Assembly: GCA_013265495.1 (NCBI GenBank) | Contig: MU057840.1 | Coordinates: 1-64,000, forward strand | From: Vicugna vicugna | Lineage: Eukaryota | DNA: 64,000 nucleotides | Direction of reading: 5' to 3' | Part shown: one piece after another, positions 1 through 13,498 of the stretch | Layout of the letters: the number at the start of each line of letters is the position of its first letter | How positions within the stretch are numbered: the stretch's first letter is position 1 | Position numbers and translations under genes: made by a program | The notes under the pieces: model-generated | What the model saw: only the letters and a program-made list of their open reading frames with translations | The model's database searches: none | What the model was told of the DNA's origin: nothing

Positions 1-104
1 ACTCTGATTTAATGCTGCTGGGGGTAAAAATCACTTTGGAAAGCAATCCCACCCCAAGTGCACACATGCATCAGAAATGCATGATATGTAACTAAAAAAA
101 CATG

Positions 105-297
105 CACAATACATATAAAATAAACAAGCTTATACTGTACAGCGCAGGGAAATATATTCAAGATCTTGTAGTAGTTCATGGTTAAAAAAAAGAATATGAA
201 AATGAATATATGTATGTTCAGGTATGACTGAAGAATTCTGCTGTACAGCAGAAACTGACACAACACTGTAAACTGACTGTAACTCAATAAAAAAAAC
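105..297 (+). mobile_element. L1 3' UTR fragment (young lineage family)
   Basis: tatactgtacagc...gaaactgacacaacactgtaaactgactgtaactcaataaaaaa tail. Confidence 0.75.
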
Positions 298-2418
298 GCA
301 CAAGCACATTCATAGAAGCATTATTCAGAACAGCTGAAACCAGCAACACCCCCAAATACTCACCAACAGCATAACAAACTGCGAAATACTCCCAAATATG
401 ATCACCCTATTCCTAGGTGAACAGTACGTACTGAACCCCGCAAACATGCTAAGTAGAAGTCAGCCTTAGACCACATGCTGGATAATTCCAGTTCCATAAA
501 GTTTGAAAACAGGCAAAATTAGTATTTGGTAATAAAAATCAGAAAAACACCCAGCATCTTTTGGGGGAGAGATGGTTAATGAGAAGAAGAGGCGTAAGGA
601 ATGCACTGTGGTGTGTTGGTATGGGTAGTGTTCATTTCTTAATGTGGGCGGTGACTGCACAGGTGAGTTCATTTTGCAGAAATTTATTACATGCTTATAG
701 TCTGTGTGATTTTCCATATGTTCATTATAATTCAATTTTTAAAAGTTTATGTTAAAAATACTCCTTCTGCAGCCAATTAAGCCCGCCATGCTCTTTTCCC
801 CAAGGAGGCCTGGTGTGCAATGGCTGCAGACAGGAGCCCCCTCAGTAGTGCACACAGCCTGCTGCTTGTGTGGACTGCCCTACAGGACCTTGGAGACAGC
901 GCTTTCCAGTGGACATTCATGTCTAACTTCACGCTGTCCCCAGTCTAGGCTCCAGACAGGTATGCAGGGTGCCTCCGGAAAGTCCCAGCACACAGGGCCC
1001 AGGGGCCACACTGGCCAAGTCCTCGTGTCCACCCACACCAGCTGCAGAACAAGGAGCATGTGCATGTGTGTTAAATGAATATAACAACAAGAAATGGCTG
1101 AACTTAATTAAACCAAGAGTAAGTTTAATTTGAAATTAAAAAAAAAAAAGAAAATAGAACAAACTAACAATCTGAGTATGAAGTGATGAGAAAACACGAC
1201 ATTAGAAGTGAAAAGTAGATCTACACCAGAAATTAACACAACATTGTAAACTGACTCTTCTATGATGAAAAAGAAAAAAAGTGAAAAGTGGAAACTGTCA
1301 AGAGATAATGATGATTTTGGAATTACAAGATAATGTATGTAACTTTATATTGTAAATAAAAATGTATTGAAACATAATCATTTGACTTATAAAATTATTA
1401 GCAAAATCAACCCAAGAAAAGACAATAAACATAAATTTTGAAATATAGTATCTTTCACATATAATTTCTTTGCCCCGAAGGCACTAGACTCAGATCATTT
1501 AGGGCTGCATTCTCTTTTCCAAGGTCAGAAGTTTTCCTGTTACTTAAAACATTTTAGATAAAGATAGAATAAGCTGCCCTGTTTACTCCATGAGATTAGT
1601 GATGCTAAAATATTAGTACAAAGGAAGAATACAATGGTTCAATTTCACTTGATACACATACAGAAATCCTAAGTAAAATCTGAAAAAAGCAAGTATAGAA
1701 ATATGCTCAAAAATATAATTAAGGAATACAAGAATGATTTAACAGTAGAAGTGTATTAATTCATCACGTGAATTGATTAGAGAAGGACAGGATGATGATT
1801 TCAGTGTATGATAAAAAGGCATGTGGTGTATCTTGATGTTATGCTTCCTAAAAACTTAGCTCAAGTGGATACTTTTAAAACTTCTTAAGACTATCTGTTA
1901 GGTTCTCATTAATATGAGAAACAAGATTTCTAGTATCCTGTTTTTGTTTAGTAATTTGAAGGTCTTGAAAAGTGTGATTAAAAAGAAAAAGGAGTTTTGT
2001 ATAAGTTAAAGGAAGGGACAAAATTATAATTGGGTGATACGGCTGTTTACCAGAGAACTCAAGAACATCAACCGAAAGGCTGCTCTGGTGCCTCAGAAGA
2101 TAAATGTGTAAAAGCCAGTAACTTTCTTATATCCTAACAACAGGTTTTATCTATAGCTTGTTCAAAATCCATTAACTCTTGTATCCTAACGAGAAATATG
2201 CAACATAATGTATGTTCACAGATGGATATGTGTGATATGAAATGAAATAACTGAATGACCGTGCTGTACACCTGCAACCAACACAACACTGTCAGTCAAC
2301 CACACTTCAACGAAAAAAAGAAGAGCAGAGTTGGAGGGCTGATTCTTCAACTTCCTGATACAATTCACTTAACAGTCCTTTAACCTCTTGGGAAGGCAGC
2401 TGTATCATTAAAATAAAA

Positions 2419-2810
2419 AGCACTGAGCTCACTTATATGTGGAAACTAAAAAGGAAAAACTCAGAAACAGAAGACGGTGGTGGTTGCTAGGGTTTAGGAG
2501 TGGGGGAAACTGGGAGGTGTTGCTCACAGGGAACAGATCACCAGTTACAAGACTGACAGGTTTGGGGACCAGTGCTCAGCATGGCGATTACACAGAACAC
2601 TAGATCACGTACCTAAATGCTGCTGAGAGAGCAGGTCTTAAATGTTCTCACCAGGCACACACAAACTGGTGACTGCGACGGGGGCGGAGGAGGTAGCTGA
2701 CAATATCATGGTACTCAGTTTGCAATTTACAGAAAGATCTCATCAACACATCAGACGCCTTAAACTCACACAATGTCGCATGCCAATTATATCTCAGTAA
2801 AGCTGGGGGA
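2419..2810 (+). mobile_element. L1MA-type 3' end
   Basis: ctcacttatatgtggaa...ttaaatgttctcacca...caattatatctcagtaaagctgg. Confidence 0.7.
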
Positions 2811-3083
2811 CAATGAGCTGGAAAGGTTGGTTCTATTTCACATGGTTGCTGCGGCATTCATGAAATTACACAGAGGAAGGGACTTTGGAAATTTTAAACA
2901 GCTTCTATAATAAAAAATACTGTTAATATTTTAAAACCTACTTGAGCAAGAATACAGGAAGGCATAGAAATGTAATGATACAGCTTCATGAATAGAAAAT
3001 CTGAATAAAACATGGCAAAATGTGGTACATTATTTGGTTTTAGTTTATTTTGATAAAGTGAGTATTAACAGTATATGAGAGCA

Positions 3084-3210
3084 GGGATGAAGAATTAGTG
3101 ATAGAGTGCAGGCTTAGCATGAACAAGGTCCAGGTTTCAATCCCCAGCACCTTCATTAAAATCAATAAATAAAAGCCTAATTACCTCCCTCCTAAACAAG
3201 AATAAAAAAA
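3084..3210 (+). mobile_element. Vic-1-like SINE
   Basis: gcttagcatg...ttcaatccccagcacc...cctaattacctccc, A-rich tail. Confidence 0.7.
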
Positions 3211-4249
3211 GAGCACAGGGAACAACCTAAATGTCCATCTACATGACTGGATAAAGAATATGTGGTATATCAATAAAAAATGTTAAAAAAAATTAAAAAA
3301 AAATGTGGTATGTATTTATACAATGGAATACTACTCAGCCATAAAAAGGAGTAAAATTCTGCCATTTGCCACAACATAGATGAACCAGGAGGGTATTATG
3401 CTTAGTGAAAAATGTCACACAGAGAAAGACAAACACTGTATGTTAGCACATATACATGGGGTATAAAAAAATCAAACTAATGAATATATATATATATATA
3501 TATTTTTTTAAAGCATATGCTACACCTTCGAACAACAACTATCAATGGGGGAGTGGGGACGGGATGAGGGCACACTTAGATGGGCTTGGCACCCAGACTT
3601 CCACGGGTGACTGTCACGTAAAGGAAACTTTCCTATCTTTTGGGAGTTGTTGAAGGGAAAATCTGAGAAACTTAGGTTCTGGAGTAAAATTAATAATACC
3701 TTTTACCTATTATTTGGAAGCAGTTCTTTTTCAAGAACTGTGTGAAGCACTTTACAGACATCATCCATTATCTTATATCAGAGCCAAGCCTTTGCTTAGG
3801 AGAACCAGAATACTTAATTCATTTTCAAACTGAAGTATTGTCAGTTTACAATGCTGTGTCAATTTCTGGCGCACAGCACATAATGAGTAATTCATGATTA
3901 ACAACTTCAACCAGATGCATTACTTTCAAAGCTGAAAGATGAGAATGTACTACCCAACAGCCAGATGTTCCCATGTGTAAGTTACAAGCAGACCAGATGT
4001 AAGAGTAGAAATATCCCGTTATCTCTAGACTTTACTTGAAAGCAAGCATTGTATCAGACACTCTCCTACCCTCTGTGCCTGAGCCCTATGCTAATTAGAA
4101 ATAAGCTTAATGAGAGAATGAAGGAGGTACGAGTCAATGAATGAAGAAGTTTGCTGCCCTGCTAGAGGTTAAGTCGGATAAAACCATGCTGAGCAACTAC
4201 GCCTTCTCTGCACGGGGGAGAGTACTGACAGCCTCCTAGAGGGACTTAC

Positions 4250-4423
4250 TCCAGTATTTACCAACTAACAGAGTCATCAGTTCATCTTCAAATGTCATAC
4301 CAAAATTTTGATCCAAATCTATCTCAGTTCTCTCCGTAAAGCAGAGAAGGGCTAGTCCACATACCACGTAGCGCTCTGGAGTCTGGATTCCTGTGTTTAC
4401 TTCGTTCCTTGTCCTGCTCAACC
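4250..4423 (-). other. Candidate coding exon of an unidentified gene (LSRTRNEVNTGIQTPERYVVCGLALLCFTERTEIDLDQNFGMTFEDELMTLLVGKYW)
   Basis: cccttttgcctag acceptor, gtaagt donor, 174 nt, symmetric phase 1-1 open frame in non-repeat DNA. Confidence 0.45.
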
Positions 4424-6513
4424 CTAGGCAAAAGGGTTTCCAGGAAGGGGTTTCTCATTTTTAATATACTTTCTTTTGTATAGTTGGTTTACAATGTTGT
4501 GTTAGTTTCTGGTGTACAGCATAGTGATTCAGTGATTCCTTTTCATATTCTTTTTCATTACAGGTTATTACAAGATATTGAATAGAGTTCCCTGTGCTGT
4601 ACAGAAGGTGCTTGTTGTTCATTTCATATATAATAGTATCTGCAATAATAGACTTTTAATCATCTTAGATTTTTTTCATTTTTTGAGTCCATCTTTATGT
4701 CCTAGTGAAGTTAGAAAATCTAAAATTGAGCGCAGTAATTTGATGTGAAGTTAGTTGAGTCAGGGCCAATGGGCACGGGAGTGACTGAATCAAGCATTCA
4801 GGTGCTTTTTGAATATGTATATCCTGATCTCCTTTTTTTTCCTGAAATGATTGCTATTTCTCCTCACTTCGGACCCAGGGCATCTAGGAATGGCCATCTG
4901 AAAACTGAAGGGAAACCAACAAAGCAAGATCTGAAGTCAATTCAGAGATCTCTTTGGCTTTTTGATCCATGTTTATGGTCATGATCAGATCAGAGGGGCA
5001 GAGGAGAGCCCAGGGGTCAGATCCCACCCACCACCTCTTTTTGCTGTCTGGGAGCTAAGAATGGTTTTTGTGTTTTTAATGGTGACATTTGACAATTATG
5101 CAGGTATGCGCACTATCCTTGATGTTGACTCCTGCTCAGCAGCGCCTAAAATATTTACTATCTGACACTTTAAGGGAAAATTCCCCAACCTTCCCTCTTG
5201 ACAAATTTTTTTTTTCATAAGAAGAGGATCTTAAAGCTCTTGTGAAACAGTTATACTATTGGTAGGAGGGAACGTGGGTACGGAGTTCTCCGGGAAGCAC
5301 TTCTGGCTGTAACCCACTTAGAATCTTCTGTCTGGAATCTGTCACTTAGGATGTTCTTTGTCACTAATTGTGTGGCTTCTTTCCTCATAAACCATGGATG
5401 GCCGTTTCCTCCCAAGCCAAAACATTTTAAAAACAAACAATTCAGATAGAGCAAAACGGAAGACAACGGGAGTTTGGTATTTACTGAGACAAAATTTTTT
5501 TTCATATATTCAGTTTTCAAAAAAAGGCAGAACTGAGAGCATCTTGGAGCAGCGCCCACCGTGCTCCACCCTGGAGGAGATGGGAGGTGGGAGGAGGGGT
5601 CAGGAGCTCCCCAGAAGCAGTTTAAAGTGAGACCCCCTCCAACTTCTCCGCTCCTGCCCCCAGGCACTGAGCCTCTCTGCCTTGCTGAGCAAATGCTCTC
5701 CCAGGGAGCACACACAGCCACCCCTCTGGGGCACCGACTGGGGAAACCAAGGAGCTGTTACAAAGCCCTCCATGCAGAAAGCTAAGCATCTCTCATCCGG
5801 TTGTTAAACCAAGTCTGAGGCAAGATCGGCTCCACCAAGAGGGGTGCTTAGACAAAAACAAATCAGACTAACACCTGGACTGCAAACCTAGCTGTAACGA
5901 CTAGCATTGCTCTTGCAGGGCCACACAACCCCTGCGATAATCTTGTAGGGAAAAAATTCATGTGATTTGCCTCATTTTACCAGAAAAGCGGTGTGTTGTA
6001 TGATTTAAACTATTGGCACCTAAGCGGATTAAGAACACTGCTTGAGGCTACGCTACCTAAAGAGAAATTCATGAGTTAGAAGATGTTGCTACTTAACTAA
6101 AAATTAATAAATTATTTTTTAAAGTAAATGCAACAACACCCGTAGCATGATTTGGTCAAGTTCTCACCTCTGGGGAATTCGCAAATTTTTTAAATATTTT
6201 GACCTCTGTGGAATAGCTGGCCAATATAAACAAATCACTTGATAATTAAATTTTTTTACACTTCTGAAACCTTTCTCATGATGTGTACTTTTTCACCTCT
6301 GTGTCTGACAATGATCTAAACTAATAATGGGTAAGACATAAGACTGTTTAATCATAAAAGCTATCTTTTACTGTGCTCTCAAAATTCTAAACATTTTCAC
6401 TGTCATCGCTCATCTGCCAGGAAATTTGGGAATTTCTAGCCTACCGATGAGAAGATCTCATGTGCGAGGTATACATGATGCTTTCATAAATTCACAAAGA
6501 AAGTGGTTTTAAA

Positions 6514-6819
6514 GCAAACTTACCTACAAAAAAGAAACAGACTCACATACATAGTAAACAGTCTTATGGTTACCAGTGGGAAAGCAGGTGGGAAGGGGTA
6601 AGTTAGGAGTTTGAGATTTGCATATACTAACTACTCTGTCTAAAAATAGATAAACAAGTTTCTTGTGTACAGCACAGGGAACTATATTTAATACCTTGCA
6701 GTAACCCATAATGAAAAAGAACATAAAAACAGATATATGTATATGTATGTATGACTGAAACATTATGCTGTACGCCGGAACTGACACAACATTGTAAACT
6801 ATACTTCAATTAAAAAAAA
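6514..6819 (+). mobile_element. 5'-truncated L1 3' end with TSD
   Basis: L1 3' UTR with A tail, flanked by aaagtggttt(t)aaa on both sides. Confidence 0.8.
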
Positions 6820-7999
6820 GTGGTTTAAATTCTTGCTATTGATGCCTTCTCTGTGATTCTGTCTACCAAGCAAAATAAAAATTACAAAGGTATTAATAAG
6901 GTTAATTAATAAACAGAAAATTCCATTCCCAAAGTAAGCTTCAGTACCGACAGTCTCATTTGCTTGGAATGTGTGACTTGCCCAATCTCCATCCACCTTC
7001 TCTTCAGAGCAAATAGACATGCACAGAGCACAGTCAGGCACCTTCTGTTCCTGACAGTGACTACTAGCAGGGAAGGGACCAGAGTAAAAGCATGTCTTAT
7101 GCAAGATCAGGCTGATGGTAAACACTATGTTATAAACAATGAATAGCACTGTCAGGGTGGGACACGTGTGAGGCGCTCAAACAGGGAGGAGGAGGCTGAG
7201 GATCCACTTCCAGCACTTCCATGTCTTTTACCACTCCTATTTCTGACCTTTCTTTTGCCACTTTTCGTAGCATTGCCATCACTGGCAGGTAAAGGGGCAG
7301 CAATGTGACTTGGCCATGTGGCTGATGGGGCTACATTTCCCAGCACTGGAATGAAAAGGCACTGGAAGAGGAGCAGCATCAGCTGGAAGATGTGAACCGC
7401 GGTCCTGGCCTGTGCCCAACACTGACCAGGTGACCCTGGGTGACGCACTTAGTCTCTCTGAGCTTCCGGCTGTGTACTAATAAAATAAGGTTTTCTGATT
7501 CCACAAATATATCCAATATGAAATGTAACGTGAAAGTCAAACATAATAACATCTCACCTGCTTGTCTCAGGGAAACGTACAAGCACTGAACACTATGTGA
7601 ATGTAAATGCACAGTTAAGAAAATCATTGAGGTTAAGCACTAAACTCAACATAGAGATAAATTTTTATGGATTTTCTAGGCCTTCCTCATTTTCAATTAC
7701 AACACTGAATTAAAAGTTATTAGCTATGTTCCAGACCACCACCCCTGTGAATAAATCAACTAGGAAAGCACTGCCTGGATGCCCACTGTTGCCCGATGCT
7801 AAGCAGGGTGAGGGGTATAAAGGAGGCTGAACATGGGAGCCTTCTCCACTTACCAGCTAAGTGAGGAGAAACATTGGAAACCACCCGGGAATGGTACCAA
7901 GTCAGTACTCAAAGCCAAGATTACAGGCTATCGATCATAAACAGTGCAGGAATACAAAGAGGAGCTACAAGGAGTTGCAGTAAATAGGGAAGACTCTAT

Positions 8000-8645
8000 G
8001 AAGGGGATGGGGCTCCAACTGGTTCCTGGGGTAATACTAAGCTATTTTAACTGAGAACTGGATGGAAAAAAGCTGGATCCTCCTGGCTTGTGATAAAGCA
8101 CAGGCTACTCTAGGAGGCTAAGGCACATAATGATTGGAACAGATAAGGCAGGGCCAAAATGATGGAGGGCCGAGACTACCTGGATGAGAGATCTGGTTGC
8201 GGTAAGTCTTTGACTTGACTCTCGATGTTGGAGGGTCGAAACCGTAGGTGGACTGAAGGGTGGGGAGAGAACATCCAAGAGTTCAACAGAAGGAAACATT
8301 CAAGTATCAGGGATGAAAGCTCTCCATCAGAGTATCAGCAATCAGAATGGACACTTGAAACCAAGAATGTGCAGTTCCGGGAGCTGACAAAATGTGGAGG
8401 ATGGTGCGAGACAGAGAAATCAGAGACCATTCCAAGGCTTTGGGTATCCAGGACCGGAAGAATGATTCTCCCACTGAGTAAGTAGAGATGCTGCAAGTGG
8501 AAGTCAGTTCAAGAAAAAGATAATGAATTCAGTTTAAGTCATGTTGAATCTGACATGTGAGCTAAGAGTAGGTGTTCTCTAAGAAGCTCAAAATTTGAAA
8601 CTGAAGAACAGATCTAGAGTCTAGGATTAAGATGCAGATGGATAA
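8000..8645 (-). mobile_element. L2 fragment
   Basis: gataatgaattcagtttaagtcatgttgaatctga and other L2-like motifs. Confidence 0.55.
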
Positions 8646-8659
8646 GACACAATAAATCA

Positions 8660-9762
8660 GCTTAAAGAAAACATACGCAAAACATTCTCAGACATAATTC
8701 TTAGCAACGTTCTCCTAGGGCAGACTACCCAGGCAATGCAAATAAGAACACAAATAAACAAATGGGACCCAATTAAACTCATAACCTTCCCCACAGAGAA
8801 GAAAACCATAAGCGAAACAAAACAATAATCTACGCTACGAATGGGAGAAAATACATGCAAATGATGCGGCTGACAAAGGCTTAATTTCCAGAATATGTAA
8901 ACAGCTCATACAAGTGAGTAACAAAAAACAAACCCAACCCCAAAATGGGCAGAGGACCTGAACAAACAATTCTCCAAAGAAGACACACAAATGGCCAACA
9001 GGGACGTGAAAAAATACTATCACTATTATAAAAGAAATGCAAATCAAAACTACAATGAGCTATCACCTCACACCAGTCAGAATGGCCATCATTCAAAAGT
9101 CCCTGAATGACAAATGCTGAAGGTATGGAGAAAAGGAAACCCCCTACACTGTTGGTGGGAATGTAGTTTGGTGTAGACCTTATGGAAAACAGTATGCAGA
9201 TTCCTCAAAAAACTAAAAATAGACTTACCATCTGATCCAGCAATCCCACTTCCGGGAATATATCTGGAAGGAACTGTAATGAAAAAAGACACTTGCACCA
9301 TAATGTTCACAACACCACCCTATACAACAGCCAAGACTTGGAAGCAACCTAAAGGTAGCAACAGATGACTAGATAAAGAAATTGGGGTATATTTATACAA
9401 TGGAATACTACTCTGCCATAAAAAAGAATAAAATAATGCTATCTGCAGCAACGTGGATAGACCTAGAGATCATCAGTCTAAGTGAAGTAAGCCAGAAAGA
9501 GAAAGAAAAATACCATATGATATCGCTCAAATGTGGAATCCAAAGAAGGAAAGAAAAAGGACACTATGAATTCATTTGAACTCAATACAGAAAGAGTCAT
9601 ACACATAGTAAACAATCTTATGGTTACCAGGGAAAGGAGGTGGGAAGGGATAAATTTGGGAGTTTGAGATTTACATGTTAGTTACTACACATATAGATTC
9701 AAAAAAAAGTTTTTTCTGTATAGCACAGAGTCCTACCAATATCTACTAACATCCTATAATGG
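8660..9762 (+). mobile_element. L1 ORF2 3' part and 3' UTR
   Basis: ORF track gives YTMEYYSAIKKN; typical L1 3' motifs. Confidence 0.88.
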
Positions 9763-10080
9763 AAACACCGCTACAGCTACCACCAGAGAAAGCAAAAGAA
9801 AGGTTAGGAGAGTCAGCTACCCCAGGCTAGAACCCAGTCCTCTGGGAGTCCTTGCCCGCGGCCAGACACTGCCCACTCAGGGCACCGCGCCCTCCTCCCA
9901 GGAGCCGGCTGACCTGAGGACGCACCTCCAGAGAACCTGGGGCAACAGAGGCTGCCCCAGGCCAGGCCACTGGGGAGATGGGAGCAAATGACTGGCTGGC
10001 AAGGGGGAGCCCCTCTCCTCCCACCACTGCTACTGCTGCTGCCATCCTCCCAGCCCCCTGACCACACTGAGCCCCTGGTC

Positions 10081-12292
10081 TTACTAAACTGGGTATACAG
10101 GGAACATATCTCAACATGATAAAAGTTATTTATAACAAACCTACAGCCAGCATCATACTCCACACTGAAAAGCTGAAAGCCTGTCTGCTAACATCTGGAA
10201 CAAGACAAGGATGCCCACTCTCACCACTTCTACGTAATATAGTATTGGAAGTCCTAGTAGAGCAAATAGACAACAAAAAGAAATAAGAGATCCAAACTGG
10301 AAGAGAAGAGGTAAAGCTGTCACTGTATGTGGATGACATAATACTGTACATGGAAAACCCTAAAGGCTCCCCACAAAAATGACTACAGCTAATAAAAGAA
10401 TTCAACAAGGCAGCAGAACACAACATCAACATATAGAAATCAGTGGCGTTTATTTACACAAAGGTAATAATCCCTTTGAAAACTGCACCCAGAAAAAATA
10501 AAAGTCTTAGGAATAAATCTGACCCAGGAAGTGAAAGACTTACATGTGGAGACCTACAAAACCCTGATCAAAAAAATTAAAGAAGACTTACAAAGAAATG
10601 GAAAGATAGCCCAGATTCTTGCATTGGAAGAATTAATATTGTTAAAATGACCATATGCCCAGAGCAACCTACAGATTCCTATCAAATCACCCAGGACATT
10701 TTTCACAAAACTAGAACAAATCACCCTAAAACTTACACGGAATCACAAAAGACCCAGAATTACCAAAGCATTATTGAAGAAAATGAACGAAGCAGGAAGG
10801 ATAACCCTCCCAGACTTCACACACTACTACAGAGCTACAATCCAACCAGCATGGTCTTGGTACAGAAACAGACCTGCGCATTGATGGAACAGGATAGAGA
10901 GACCAGACATAAACCCACGAACTTTCACTCAAATCATCTTTGACAAAGGAGGCAAGAACATATAACGGAGTGAAAACAGTCTCTTCAGCAGATGGTGTAA
11001 GGAAAACTGGACAGCTGCATGCAAATCAATGATATTAGAATACCCCTTCACACCATACGCAAAAAGAAATTCAAAATGGCTTAAAGACTTAAATATAAGA
11101 CAAGACACTAAGTCTCTTACAAGAAAACATAAACAAAACATTATCTCACATACTTCTCAGTAATCTTCTCCTAGGGCAGCCTACCGAAGCAACAGAAATA
11201 AAAGCAAAAATAAACAAATGGGACCTAACTGAACTTACAAGCTTTTGCACAGCAAACGAAACCATAAACAAAACGACAACAAATGGGAGAAAATATTTGC
11301 CAATAATGCGACTGACAAAGGCTTAATTTCCAGAACATATAAACAGTTCATACAATAATAAAAAACAACCCAATCCAAAAACGGGCATAAGACCTAAACA
11401 CGCATTTCTCCAATGAAGACATACAAATGGCCAACAGGCACATGAAAAAATGCTCAATATCTCTGTAAGACAAATGTAAATCAAAACTACAATGAACTCT
11501 CACCTCCTACCAGTCAGAATGGCAATCATGAATGAGAAATGCTGGAGAGGGTGTGGAGAAAAAGGAAGCCTCCTACACTGTGGCTGAGAATGCCGTTTGG
11601 AGCAGCCATTATGGAAAACTGTATGGAAATTCCTCAAAAAACAAAAAATAGACTTCCCATTTGAACCAGCAATCCCACTTCTGGGTATATATCTGGAGGG
11701 AATTCCAATGCGAAGACACCTGCACCCCAATGTTCATAGCAGCACTATTTACAATAGCCAAAACATGGAAACAGCCTAAATGTCCATCAACAGGTGACTG
11801 GATAAAGAAGATGTGGTGTATTTATACAATGGAATACTACTCAGCCATAAAAACCAACAACATAATGCCATTTGCAGCAACATGGATGCTCCTGGAGAAT
11901 GTCATTCTAAGTGAAGTAAGCCACAAAGATAAAGAAAAATACCATATGAGATCGCTCATATGTGGAATCTAAACAAACAAAAACAAACAAACAAAAACAA
12001 AGTGTAAATACAGGACAGAAATAGACTCATAGACAGAGAATACAGACTTGTGGTTGCCAGGGGCGCGGAGGGTGGGAAGAGATAGACTGGGATTTCAAAA
12101 CTGTAGGATAGATAAACAAGATTATACTCTACAGCACAGAGAAATATACACAAAATATTATGGTAGCTCACAGAGAAAAAAATGTGACAATGAGTGTGTA
12201 TGTATGTCCATATATGACTGAAAAATTGTGCTGAACACTGGAATTTGACACAACGTTGTAAAATGACTATAAATCAATAAAAAATGTAAAAA
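10081..12292 (+). mobile_element. L1 (RT C-terminal ORF2 to 3' tail), decayed
   Basis: ggaacaagacaaggatgcccactctcacc (GTRQGCPLS); [24 protein letters not shown]-rich end. Confidence 0.92.
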
Positions 12293-13498
12293 ATTTTGAT
12301 TTCGGAGGGATTAATGATTAATTAATGACTAATGCAATCAGTATGATTAATTAATGATTAACACAATGTCATACATGGTATACAGTGCAAATAGATAGGC
12401 TGAAAGGATATTAATGTTAATCAAGGACACTGTGCATCTATGTAATTAGACATTTCATTGTTTGGTGCGTAATCAGTTGCGCTGTGCTGCCTAGAATGTA
12501 TTGATTGCCAATTAACTTCAATGGTATTTATTCCACTGTTCAAACATAAAGCATTCAAACTAACCAAAAAAAACAAAAAAAGGCAGGATTCCCCCAACAT
12601 CCCAAGATGGTCCCCCTCACCCCTCAGACTGTCCCCCTTTACCACAGGATCCCCCCTCACCCCTAATGCACCCCTACCCTAAGCTGACACCTGACACCCT
12701 CACCCCACACATGGGGCTGGGAATTCTGGGCTCTGGCCACTATGGCGACTGCCACCAGCAGGGGATCTGGCCTAGTGTGAGGCAGCACAGCCAATGTCTG
12801 AGGCTACAGGGCGCAGCAGGCCAGGCTGGAGGCAGCTCCAATTCCCCCTGGGTGCCCTCAACCCCGAGCCCTGTGCCTCATCTGAGCCTGGGGGTCAGGG
12901 TGGTCCCAGGCTGCCCACCACTGCCCTGTGGGCCTTGGGTGGTTGACATCCCAGATGGTGATCCGGACCCTGAGGGCTGAGGCGCTGGGCACTATGACCT
13001 GTTGGGGGATGAGGGTGCAACTGAGCCCAGGGATGGATAGCAGGTGGTGGGCTGTGTGAGGGGCCTGGGTTCAGCCCAGGTGGGTGCAGGGACCATGCAC
13101 ATTCGTGCCAGGAGAGGGAAAAGGGACAGGAGATTAGAAAGTGTCCATGTTGAGAACCCAAGGCTGGAGAACCAAGCAGGCAGCTGCGCTGGCCTGGCCA
13201 CCTTGGAATCTACCATGACCCTGGTCCCTTGCATCAGAGGAGACTTACTGTTGAGGGACCAATGAGATGTCCCCTGCCTGCCTCCTCCCACCCTCCCCCC
13301 ACCATGATATACTTTACAGGCAATTGAAGTGATTCTGACAGGTAATTTTAATCACTGATAATTGTTACATTCTCTGCAGATCAGGCCCTGCAAGAGATCA
13401 GTCATGGTGAACGTGGCAGGGCTCCTGCTTTGAACCCCAGCCTGGGACAGAGGAGGACCTGCCCAGGAAACATCCTCTTAACTCTCACCAAAAGGCAC

